A stretch of 64,000 nucleotides of DNA from the NCBI GenBank assembly GCA_049515655.1, contig JBEKTW010000012.1, positions 8,904-72,903 of the forward strand. Direction: 5' to 3'. This DNA is from Bacteroidota bacterium (lineage in GTDB: Bacteria > Bacteroidota > Ignavibacteria > UBA10030 > SZUA-254). Position 1 is the first letter of the stretch, and each line of letters opens with the position of its first letter. Position numbers and translations under genes: made by a program. Positions 1 to 8,586 of the stretch are shown here, piece after piece. The notes under the pieces are model-generated. The model had not been told where the DNA came from and ran no database searches. It worked only from the letters and a program-made list of their open reading frames with translations.

Positions 1-283
1 TTCCAATTGTGCTGAAACGAATCCACGACGTGGTGTCCGCAGCCCATTTGAACCAAACTGCTTTTCCGTCCCCGCCCAGTCCGTTATTGCAGAGGATGAT
101 GGGGTCGGTGGAATCGGGCGTCGCAAGTCGCGTGTTCTCAGTGGTGTGATACGGCAGCGAAGGAATAACGGTTGCGCCCGCACATGAATCATTGGCAGGT
201 TGAGCAAGACTCAAAGACGAAACGCCAACAATGGCGACAAGAATGCATGATAGCCGTCCGAAAAGGGGTAGCAGACTTTTCAT
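1..283 (-). CDS. partial CDS (N-terminal about 94 aa) of a secreted protein, runs off the left edge
   Basis: Reverse-strand ATG at 283-281. The product begins MKSLLPLFGRLSCILVAIVGVSSLSLAQPANDSCAGA..., a signal-peptide-like N-terminus, and the frame stays open to position 1. Absent from the ORF track because it has no stop codon in the window. Confidence 0.35.
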   Translation of the reverse strand, partial: MKSLLPLFGRLSCILVAIVGVSSLSLAQPANDSCAGATVIPSLPYHTTENTRLATPDSTDPIILCNNGLGGDGKAVWFKWAADTTSWIRFSTIG

Positions 284-495
284 AAGAATTCTCCTGAGAA
301 TGATTGAACAATGGCTTTTTTCCCGGAATCCAACAACGCGGGGAGGACTATTCACAAAGGGAAACTGACATGAAATTATATCGAATTTTACCCTTAGTGT
401 CAAGCAAAATTTTAAAAAAACGGGAGGATTTGTGAAAATGCCACCCCGGTCTGCCAATGAGCCCAAACCGGATGACTTTTGCCGTCATTCTCCTA

Positions 496-3162
496 CTACT
501 TGATAAGGAGCATTTTCCTCGTATCTATGAGCCGTTTGCCCGAAAGGGAGCTGAGGTCGCGTGCCTCCACGGTATAGAAATACACCCCCGATGCAAGCTC
601 GCCAGCGTCGAATGTCGGGTGGTACGAACCCGCTGGTAACTCGCCATCCACAAGTGTCGCAACCTCCCGTCCGGCGACATCAAACACCCTCAGCCGGACG
701 TACGACCGCTGAGCAATGCTGAACGGAATGGTCGTCGTTGGGTTGAAGGGATTCGGATAGTTCTGCTGGAGAACGAACGCCGCAGGGATAGCGGGCGGAT
801 GTTCCTCCACCCCCATCGGAGCGGTTGTTTTGAACATCCCCCGACCGTGCGTTCCGGCAAAGAGATACCGGTCTGCACGCACAACAAGCTGCGCGACGGA
901 AACATTGGCCAGACCATTGTTTTGCTGGGACCAGTTGGTGCCGTTGTTGGAGGACGCAAAAACACCGAGGTCGGTTCCCACAACGATGTGGTTCGAATTC
1001 GCCGGGTCGATCACGATAGTATTCACAGGAATGTCCGGCAAATCGCCGCCTGCATTCGTCCATGAATTCCCACCATTCGTCGTGAGGAAAAGATGTCCGG
1101 GTGTTGACGGAGTATTTGCATTATAGCCGGAGAATGCCGCCAAGGCCCGGGACGCGTTTGTCGGGTCGATAGCGAACGCCGTCACCTGCCGTTCTGGCAG
1201 CGGAGATTTCGTGGCGTCGGTCCACGTATGACCCGTCGTGGCGGTTGTCGTCACCTGGATCTTGGCGGTCGCAGTCACGCTGCCGCTCGTGCCAATGTAG
1301 ATCGTGGCCGACGATGACGGCGCAACAGCGATCGCGGTAATCGTAGAGCCGGCCTGTCCGACCTGTCCCGTGCCGTCGCCGTCACCCGTGAGGTCACCAC
1401 TGATGCTTGCCCACGAGTTGCCGCCGTTGGTCGTGCGATAAATCTTGAACGTGCCCGCGACCAGCGTCTGTGAATTCGAAGGATCCATGGTGAACGGAGC
1501 GATGAACGAACACCGGTCGGAAGTGCCGGTGGAGGACGCGGCAGGAATGCCGTTCATGATGGAGTTCCATGTATTCCCGCCGTCCGTCGATTTGTACATC
1601 TGGAGGTAGACGTAAGAGCTGTACACTGTTGTTGGCGTGGTTGGGTCGACGAAACTCGGTCCCCCATCCCCGTCGACAACCTGAGCCCAATTCGTTCCGT
1701 CAAATCGCATGGTCCCGTTATCCTGTGTGCCGCCGTAGTATATGTCAAGCGTGGGATGAACGGCGATGGAATAGAATTGGACGGTCACCAGACTATTGTT
1801 GAGGGTCGAGAAACTCATCCCACCATTCGTCGACTTGAACACACCGCCGTCATTTCCAAAGAAAACCACATTCGCGTTTCCCGGCTGGAACACAATCGCA
1901 TGTTCGTCAACATGGACATAGGGAAGACCATTATACCCGTACCCGTCACTGATGGGATTCCAGTTGGTACCGCCGTCAAGCGATTTGAAAAGATTAATGC
2001 CGCCGGTATAGACGAAGTTCTCGTTAGTCGGATCCACCGCGATGACGTTGTCGTACCAACCCTGCCCGCCCAGGTGTGTCCCGGTGACCAGCGGGTCGTG
2101 GTCAAAGGGAGTGCCGACAGCAGACCACAAAGCCCCGCCGTTCGTCGACTTCTGAATGCTGTGCGTGTAGTCGTTGGAATCGGCAAGGCACGCGTAGATG
2201 ACACTTGTGTTGCTCGCCGCCACGGCCAGGCTGATACGATGATAATTCTGCGACACCGGAGGAAAACCGGTCGCTTGTTTGCTCCACGTGGTTCCGCCAT
2301 TCGTGGTTTTGTACACTCCATCGGGACTGTGAAGTCCGAACGCCGAGTACAGGATGCTGGCATTCGACGGATCCGCGACGAGATCCATGCAGGCGCGACT
2401 CGTGTACGGGACATTGAGTTTTCCCCAGCTCAAGCCTGCGTCCGTACTCTTCCAGATTCCGCCGATCATCCCGGCATAGAGAGTGCTGGAATTAGCGGAA
2501 CTGATAACGAGTTTATTGATATAGTAGTACCCGAAATCCGGATCGGGAGTAGCGAAGTTCGTCAGCGTGGTCCATGTTGAACCGCCGTCGGTCGTTTTCA
2601 AAACGCCGATGCCGCGCAGCGCATCTATCGGGAAACAACCTTCGCCGGTGCCCGCGTAGAGTATGCTCGAATTCTTCGGATCCATCACGAGGGTATTGAT
2701 AGCAAGGTTGGATGCGAAATCTGTCGCCGGAAACCAGGAGCTTCCCCCATTCGTCGTTTTCCAAACGCCGCCGCTCACCGAACCGCAGTACATGACGTTT
2801 GTATTTGTCGGGTCGACAACGATCGAGCGCGTACGACCGCTGATCGTGCCGGACCCCAGCGTTGTCCACGACAGGGTGTTCAGCACCGACGATTTCTGAA
2901 GATTATTCCGTTGGATGTGAGCAAGAGCTTTATCCCTCCAGTCCACGGGAATGGAACCCTTCGGATACGCTCGCTGGTCGTTGTACCATTTGAGCGCCTC
3001 GTAGGCGAATTTCTCTTCCTGCTGTTCGGAGATTCCCTCTCTCTCCCGCTCAAATGGGGAATGCGCATCGGGTTTCTTCACAATGATCAACCACACTGTG
3101 AGAACAAAAAGGATCACGGGGATCGACCATTGAACAGCGAGTCTCTTCATGGGGCTCTTCAT
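496..3162 (-). CDS. BNR/Asp-box repeat beta-propeller protein (sialidase/GH74-like) with T9SS C-terminal sorting domain
   Basis: 888 aa with an N-terminal signal/TM segment. Many S-x-D-x-G-x-T-W Asp-box repeats (STDGGSTW, TTNGGTTW, STNGGALW ...). C-terminus is QNYPNPFNPTTTIPF...GVYFYTVEARD...KMLLIK, a Por secretion tail (TIGR04183-like). Confidence 0.8.
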   Translation of the reverse strand: MKSPMKRLAVQWSIPVILFVLTVWLIIVKKPDAHSPFEREREGISEQQEEKFAYEALKWYNDQRAYPKGSIPVDWRDKALAHIQRNNLQKSSVLNTLSWTTLGSGTISGRTRSIVVDPTNTNVMYCGSVSGGVWKTTNGGSSWFPATDFASNLAINTLVMDPKNSSILYAGTGEGCFPIDALRGIGVLKTTDGGSTWTTLTNFATPDPDFGYYYINKLVISSANSSTLYAGMIGGIWKSTDAGLSWGKLNVPYTSRACMDLVADPSNASILYSAFGLHSPDGVYKTTNGGTTWSKQATGFPPVSQNYHRISLAVAASNTSVIYACLADSNDYTHSIQKSTNGGALWSAVGTPFDHDPLVTGTHLGGQGWYDNVIAVDPTNENFVYTGGINLFKSLDGGTNWNPISDGYGYNGLPYVHVDEHAIVFQPGNANVVFFGNDGGVFKSTNGGMSFSTLNNSLVTVQFYSIAVHPTLDIYYGGTQDNGTMRFDGTNWAQVVDGDGGPSFVDPTTPTTVYSSYVYLQMYKSTDGGNTWNSIMNGIPAASSTGTSDRCSFIAPFTMDPSNSQTLVAGTFKIYRTTNGGNSWASISGDLTGDGDGTGQVGQAGSTITAIAVAPSSSATIYIGTSGSVTATAKIQVTTTATTGHTWTDATKSPLPERQVTAFAIDPTNASRALAAFSGYNANTPSTPGHLFLTTNGGNSWTNAGGDLPDIPVNTIVIDPANSNHIVVGTDLGVFASSNNGTNWSQQNNGLANVSVAQLVVRADRYLFAGTHGRGMFKTTAPMGVEEHPPAIPAAFVLQQNYPNPFNPTTTIPFSIAQRSYVRLRVFDVAGREVATLVDGELPAGSYHPTFDAGELASGVYFYTVEARDLSSLSGKRLIDTRKMLLIK

Positions 3163-3166
3163 TCAG

Positions 3167-3631
3167 TTAACGATTATTTGATTCGACATCTACGATGACC
3201 CAGTTTCCCTTCGCGGTCAGAGAGATTTTTCCGATGAACATATCGCCGGACCTGGCGGTTCGTATCCCCAGGAGTCTCTTGTTCCGCTCAACGGTCGTGT
3301 CGACGAACCCGCTTCCACTGAGAAAGAACTGCGGGGCAGCAACAATTTGCTGACCCGGCTCGGCGAAGTTCTCCATCGAGCCTTCCGGTAGCGAGCTGTT
3401 TACCTGAATCGATACCTTATAGCGTAACGAATCGACAAGTTCCAGAGCAGTGATGATTCCACTTACCGATGAGGTATTGGGTTTGATGGCCGTCTGTTGT
3501 TTCACCATCGGTCGCCGAGCAGCGCTCGTACTATCCGCACCGGCTTGCCTGGATGTCTCCATGTGCCGACAACCGGTCACGATGACGAGAACCTGGATGA
3601 CAAAAAACAGGCGAATAGACTTCATATCCAT
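3167..3631 (-). CDS. hypothetical lipoprotein
   Basis: Internal ATG gives MDMKSIRLFFVIQVLVIVTGC..., a lipobox. The track's longer N-terminus (start 3739) is unlikely. No recognisable domain. Confidence 0.5.
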   Translation of the reverse strand: MDMKSIRLFFVIQVLVIVTGCRHMETSRQAGADSTSAARRPMVKQQTAIKPNTSSVSGIITALELVDSLRYKVSIQVNSSLPEGSMENFAEPGQQIVAAPQFFLSGSGFVDTTVERNKRLLGIRTARSGDMFIGKISLTAKGNWVIVDVESNNR

Positions 3632-3869
3632 CAATAATATGCGGAGAGTTTGAGTGAAAAGCAAGACTCTCTTGACTTTCCGAAGTGGATTCTTTAGATT
3701 TCTGGAAGAGAAACGCACCCCGGAGGTGACCCGGCGCACATTCCGGTCTTCTCCGGTGAAGCTACTGCGGGCACGATCCCGCGCTTGAGGGCAGGCGCAC
3801 CGGCCTGCAGATGTTCTTTCCGTAGCCGTAGCATGTTATCGAACTAACGAACATGAAGGCACTGGACAC

Positions 3870-4940
3870 ATGAGGGCATTGGTTGTTTCTGCAACATTGG
3901 TCATCCTGATGTGCTTTGATATTCAGGCATGCCGCGAGACTCCCCCGGCGCCTCCGCAACCCGGAACGCAGTGGGTCACCTTCAACAAATCCAACAGCGG
4001 ACTCCAGAACAATTACATCCATGCTATCCTCACAGACGCCGAAGGAATCATGTGGATTGCAACGGACAGCGGTGCGTATTCTTACAGCAGAAGGTCCTGG
4101 AACTGTATTTGGGATAGTCTGTCGTTCATGACGTACGGTACCGGCGGCGGCGGTCATCTGGTGAGTATCGTTACCTCGATCGCACTGGGCTCCGACCAAA
4201 GTCTCTGGTTCGGGTTGGCGGGAGGGGGAGTCGCCCGGTACAATCGACAGGGAGTCACAACAGTGTGGAAACGGTTCACCAGTGTCGACGGTCTCCCTTC
4301 AGACAATGTGCTCTCGATAACAGCCGACCGGAAGCTCGGGCAAATCTGGTGCTCTACCCTGGCCGGCGTAGGCCGATTCATACCGACGACAAATGAAGGA
4401 GGTGTGTGGGAAACGTTCACCAGTTCGAACAGCACGCTCTCTTCAAATATGGTCCGATGCGTGGCATACAACCCCATTGACTTTTCCATCTGGTTCGGGA
4501 CACAATACAACGGCGTGACCTATATCAACGGCGCGAATGAGTGGCAGCAGCCGATGCCTTTCCCCGGTCCGGTAAATTATCCGGTCGTCGCAATCGCATT
4601 CGATGTGAACACCACGTGGTTTGCCACCTGGGATGGGATTCTGAGCTTTGTTCCGAAAACCTACGTATGGCGCCAGTACAACTCTGATAACACGCATGGC
4701 ATTGTGCCGTTCGGGATTGTCAATGCGGTTACCACAGATTACCTGACGACGCGGTGGTTCGGGACGAATGCAGGAATGGTCAGACTGAGCGATGCGTCGT
4801 GGACGAAATTCAACCGTCAGAACACCCCGCAACTTCCGAGCGATACGGTTACGGCATTTGCATACGATATTCGGGGGAACCTGTGGATCGGGACGGTGAA
4901 CGGCGTGGCTGTGTATAATGAAAACGGAACAAAATTTTGA
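3870..4940 (+). CDS. two-component-regulator propeller (Reg_prop/Y_Y_Y-like) repeat lipoprotein, paralog 1
   Basis: Lipoprotein signal (LVILMCFDIQAC). Repeated about 45-aa units of the form NSGL..N.I..I..D..G.IWIGT..G (e.g. NSGLQNNYIHAILTDAEGIMWIATDSGAYSY, LPSDTVTAFAYDIRGNLWIGTVNGVAVYN). Confidence 0.7.
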   Translation: MRALVVSATLVILMCFDIQACRETPPAPPQPGTQWVTFNKSNSGLQNNYIHAILTDAEGIMWIATDSGAYSYSRRSWNCIWDSLSFMTYGTGGGGHLVSIVTSIALGSDQSLWFGLAGGGVARYNRQGVTTVWKRFTSVDGLPSDNVLSITADRKLGQIWCSTLAGVGRFIPTTNEGGVWETFTSSNSTLSSNMVRCVAYNPIDFSIWFGTQYNGVTYINGANEWQQPMPFPGPVNYPVVAIAFDVNTTWFATWDGILSFVPKTYVWRQYNSDNTHGIVPFGIVNAVTTDYLTTRWFGTNAGMVRLSDASWTKFNRQNTPQLPSDTVTAFAYDIRGNLWIGTVNGVAVYNENGTKF

Positions 4941-5005
4941 GCTGTTAAAGCCATTGAGCACGTATCGACTGCTCTTGAAGCCGAGAAGATATCGAGTCTG
5001 GAACC

Positions 5006-6067
5006 GTGCAAGCACAAGTCAAACTCATAATCGTTGTGTTTGTTTTCTGCCTTGAGCTCCAGGGTTGCAAAGGCAATCCTCCATTGGGTCCGTCGACTCT
5101 GTTACTGCCGAAATGGGTTGTTTTTAAAACGTCGAACAGCGGATTAGTGAACAATCATGTGAATGCCGTGTTATCCGATTTTGAAGGAGGGATATGGGTA
5201 GGTACCGATGGCGGCGTGTCGACCTATTCCGGAGGTTCCTGGAACTCTTTTGTTGACGAGTTCTTTTTTATGACTGACAAAGGGGTCAGAAGCATCATTA
5301 CCTCCATGACCGAGGATCCGAATCGCAACCTGTGGTTTGGCCTGGCTGGCGGCGGTGTTGTACGGTACAACGAACATGATACAACAGACGTGTGGTGGCG
5401 CTACACAATAGACGATGGCCTTCCTTACAACTATATCCTTTCTATCACAGCGGACTTGCAACACTCAGAAATCTGGTGTGCCACAATGCTTGGCGTGGCA
5501 CGGTTCGTTCCCGAAGGGAATGAAGGCGGTGTATGGCACACGTACGGTTTGTCCAACAGCACACTCCCGTCAAATATGGTCCGATGCGTGGTCTACAACC
5601 CCATTGATTCTTCCATCTGGTTTGGAACACAGTACTCAGGCGTCACCTATATCAGTGGCGACAGAAGATGGCAGGCGCCGATCGTGTTTCCGCAGCCGGG
5701 GACGTATCCCATTGACGCCATTGCGTTCGATGAGAACAGTACGTGGTTCGGTACGGAGGCTGGCATCTTGCAGTACGCGACGAATATATCCGTTTGGCGT
5801 CAGTACGACTCCTCGACGACGAACGGACTCGTGCCGTTCGGTCCCGTGCACGCCGTAACAACGAACTATACGACGACCCGGTGGTTTGGGACAAACGGGG
5901 GTTTGCTGAAACTGACCGACACACTATGGACTGTAATGAATCGTTATAATACGCTGGAGCTTCCAAGCGACACTGTGACAGCATTGGCGTACGACATCCG
6001 GGGGAACCTGTGGATCGGGACAGTGAACGGTGTGGCTGTGTATAATGAGGAAGGAACGAAATTTTGA
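5006..6067 (+). CDS. Reg_prop-like propeller lipoprotein, paralog 2 (tandem duplicate of 3870..4940)
   Basis: About 60% aa identity to the upstream paralog, with a near-identical C-terminal 30 aa and a shared downstream motif. GTG start. Lipobox CLELQGC. Confidence 0.7.
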   Translation: MQAQVKLIIVVFVFCLELQGCKGNPPLGPSTLLLPKWVVFKTSNSGLVNNHVNAVLSDFEGGIWVGTDGGVSTYSGGSWNSFVDEFFFMTDKGVRSIITSMTEDPNRNLWFGLAGGGVVRYNEHDTTDVWWRYTIDDGLPYNYILSITADLQHSEIWCATMLGVARFVPEGNEGGVWHTYGLSNSTLPSNMVRCVVYNPIDSSIWFGTQYSGVTYISGDRRWQAPIVFPQPGTYPIDAIAFDENSTWFGTEAGILQYATNISVWRQYDSSTTNGLVPFGPVHAVTTNYTTTRWFGTNGGLLKLTDTLWTVMNRYNTLELPSDTVTALAYDIRGNLWIGTVNGVAVYNEEGTKF

Positions 6068-6117
6068 ATTGTTAAAGCCATGTTGGGCTCAGATGTCAAT
6101 ATCTTGAAGAGAATCTT

Positions 6118-8238
6118 ATGAAGCGTAGATATCGATTTCTCGTTATGGTGTTGGTCATGGCGACTGTCACGGCCGTGGAGTCACAGGCGCAATGGGTTCA
6201 GTCCGACTGCCCTTACGGTGGGGCTTTCGACAACCTCGCCGTGAATGAAAAGTATGTTCTCGCAAACGGGTTCTTTTATTCGAGCGATATGGGGTCAACG
6301 TGGCAGGCTACCGGGTTTGGAAGATGGTCAAGATGCCTGGCCGTCGCCGATTCAAACGTGTTCGCGGGCGACTTGTGGGGGTCAGTCTACGTCTCGACCG
6401 ACTACGGGTTGACCTGGGCGACCGCCGGAACGGGGAAAAGTGGGTTACCGGCCAGTGTGATCTATTCGCTTGTCGCGATGCCCGGGTGGGCCGGGGGAAA
6501 TGTGATCGCCGGTACCGACAGCGGGGCGTACCGGTCGACGGATAGGGGCGCATCATGGAGCGCCGTTAATAACGGCATCGCCGCCTATGATCAGGTCGCC
6601 TCTCTGATGCTCGACGCAACGTACATCTTTGCCGGTACGCAGACCGGGGTGTACCTTTCCACGGACTTTGGAACGACATGGAAACTCGTCACCTACGCGG
6701 GCAGCAAAGTCTGCGCGTTCGCATCCGTCGCGTCCTATGTCTACGCCGGCACTGTGAGCAGCGGCGTCCTACGCTCGACGAATTATGGAAAAGACTGGCA
6801 GCCGGTCAACGGAGGACTTACAAGCAACAGTGTTCTCTGCATTGCGATCGGCCCCGCCATAACAGGTGGCTATAACGTGTACGCCGGTACGCCTGACGGC
6901 GTATTCGTCTCGGGAACCACGGGGTCCTCGTGGCAGGCTCTGGGCCTTTCGGGGTATACTATTCAATCGCTCGTCACCCTCGGTGTTGAGCCCCTCGCGG
7001 CCACGAAGTTTGGCATATTTAGGTCCACTGACCTGGGGTTGACGTGGCAACCTTCAAGCAACGGCATACCTGCACGTGTGTGGGCTCTCGGCTCTTATGG
7101 TTACAAGACGCTCTCTCTCAGTTCGGCAGGTTTTTGCGTGTCCATGGATGGGGGGCAAAGTTGGTCGCAATCGAATACGGGGCTGCCCGACAATAGCTTC
7201 AGCTCTCTCGCCATTAATTCATCGATGATCTTCGTCGGAAGCTCTGTCAACGGAGTCTACCGGGCGAGCGTCAGTAGGATGGTATGGGAGGCGGATACGA
7301 TCGGCATGGGGCCTCAGGCGCAGGTGGCGTCAATTGCGGCATCCGACGCCAGGATCTTTGCCGGGCTCAACTGGTGGGGCGGACTTTACGCGTCGTGCGA
7401 TAATGGAGGCCGGTGGAGCGCTGTGCAGTCAAACTCCCTCTGGAATAACCACCGCTCCGTCTATTCGATCGTATTGAGGGACTCGCTCGTCGTCGCCAAT
7501 ACCGACGGCGGGGTGTACGTTTCTTCCGACAACGGCGTAACATGGTTGGTGCGGGCGCTTGAGAAATACAGGGTGAATGCACTGGCTTTCGGTGGGCAGG
7601 TACTGTATGCCGGAACATCCAGCGCGGGGGTATTCACGTCCACCGACAACGGCGTGAGCTGGTCCGGCGGCGGAACGGCAAGTGGTCTGACGAACACCCA
7701 TGTGAATTGCTTCGCGACGAAAGGAACCAATGTTTTTGCGGGAACCAATCAGGGGATTTTCCTTTCGACCGATAGCGGGACGTCCTGGTCGTCAGTTACA
7801 GTAACGAACCCGGCTCTTGACTCCGGCGGCGTTTATTGCCTCGCAATTGTTAATTCCCAGCTTCTTGCGGTCGTGTCCGCCGGCGGGGTGTGGCGCAGGC
7901 CACTCTCGCAGATGATAACAGATGTTCCGCCCAGCCGGCGCAACATTCCCCTCACATACAATCTCGACCAGAATTATCCGAACCCGTTCAATCCCACGAC
8001 AACAGTGTCATTTGTTATTGGTCATTCGTCATTGGTGACACTCACGGTGTACGACATACTGGGACGGCAAGTCGCGACGCTGGTGAACGAGGTAAAGCCA
8101 CCGGGTGAGTATACGGTTCGGTGGAATGCAGACGGAGTGCCGAGCGGTGTTTACTTCTACCGTCTGACGGCCCGCCCAACAGACGGCGGGCAGGCCGGAA
8201 GGTTCAGTGATACAAAAAAACTATTGTTGATTAATTAG
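6118..8238 (+). CDS. BNR/Asp-box repeat protein with T9SS C-terminal sorting domain
   Basis: 706 aa with a signal peptide. At least 10 Asp-box repeats (STDYGLTW, STDRGASW, STDFGTTW, SSDNGVTW ...). C-terminus is NLDQNYPNPFNPTTTVSF...GVYFYRLTARP...KKLLLIN. Confidence 0.8.
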   Translation: MKRRYRFLVMVLVMATVTAVESQAQWVQSDCPYGGAFDNLAVNEKYVLANGFFYSSDMGSTWQATGFGRWSRCLAVADSNVFAGDLWGSVYVSTDYGLTWATAGTGKSGLPASVIYSLVAMPGWAGGNVIAGTDSGAYRSTDRGASWSAVNNGIAAYDQVASLMLDATYIFAGTQTGVYLSTDFGTTWKLVTYAGSKVCAFASVASYVYAGTVSSGVLRSTNYGKDWQPVNGGLTSNSVLCIAIGPAITGGYNVYAGTPDGVFVSGTTGSSWQALGLSGYTIQSLVTLGVEPLAATKFGIFRSTDLGLTWQPSSNGIPARVWALGSYGYKTLSLSSAGFCVSMDGGQSWSQSNTGLPDNSFSSLAINSSMIFVGSSVNGVYRASVSRMVWEADTIGMGPQAQVASIAASDARIFAGLNWWGGLYASCDNGGRWSAVQSNSLWNNHRSVYSIVLRDSLVVANTDGGVYVSSDNGVTWLVRALEKYRVNALAFGGQVLYAGTSSAGVFTSTDNGVSWSGGGTASGLTNTHVNCFATKGTNVFAGTNQGIFLSTDSGTSWSSVTVTNPALDSGGVYCLAIVNSQLLAVVSAGGVWRRPLSQMITDVPPSRRNIPLTYNLDQNYPNPFNPTTTVSFVIGHSSLVTLTVYDILGRQVATLVNEVKPPGEYTVRWNADGVPSGVYFYRLTARPTDGGQAGRFSDTKKLLLIN

Positions 8239-8369
8239 ATCAGAAGGAGGGTCTGAACCGTGATTTTTGGGATCATAGGATTACCATGATCAGAACAATC
8301 GAGGTAATCACATGAATCGAGCGAATCGCGGTTCAGACGGTGAAGATTGAGCGGTTTGTGATTCGCTCA

Positions 8370-8391
8370 GGGAGATTCATCTCCCTTTTTT
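8370..8391 (+). terminator. rho-independent terminator downstream of 6118..8238
   Basis: GGGAGA-TTCA-TCTCCC hairpin followed by TTTTTT. Confidence 0.55.
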
Positions 8392-8400
8392 CGATTCAGC

Positions 8401-8518
8401 ATAACCATTTATGGTTATGCGTGCATGACAGCATGAGCATCGCCATCAATGGCGACGCTCGTTTCGAATAAAGCACCATGAATGGTGCTACAAACCATTC
8501 ATTGTTGTGCGTGCGCTA
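8401..8518. promoter_or_regulatory. array of four CCAT-NN-ATGG dyad-symmetric sites (candidate operator array) upstream of the TPR gene
   Basis: ATAACCAT-TT-ATGGTTAT (8401-8418), CGCCAT-CA-ATGGCG (about 8442-8455), GCACCAT-GA-ATGGTGC (8473-8488), AACCAT-TC-ATTGTT (8494-8507). Sites 1 and 4 are each followed by TGCGTGC, forming a direct repeat about 25 nt long. Confidence 0.3.
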
Positions 8519-8586
8519 ATTGACAATTAGACCCCCACAACAGCGCCTGTTTGCACAACTCCCAAATAAACCCTATCTTTTGAGTG

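Noticed and set aside
1756-2580. Long antisense or overlapping ORFs inside high-GC genes (e.g. 1756..2580 +, 9997..10554 -, 11518..12324 -, 13397..14470 -, 29431..30459 -, 33008..33607 -, 35715..36110 +, 47051..47680 +, 54307..54858 +).
   Set aside because: All lie opposite or over genes with strong homology-based identities and show no motifs of their own. They are the expected stop-codon-poor artefacts of about 60% GC DNA.
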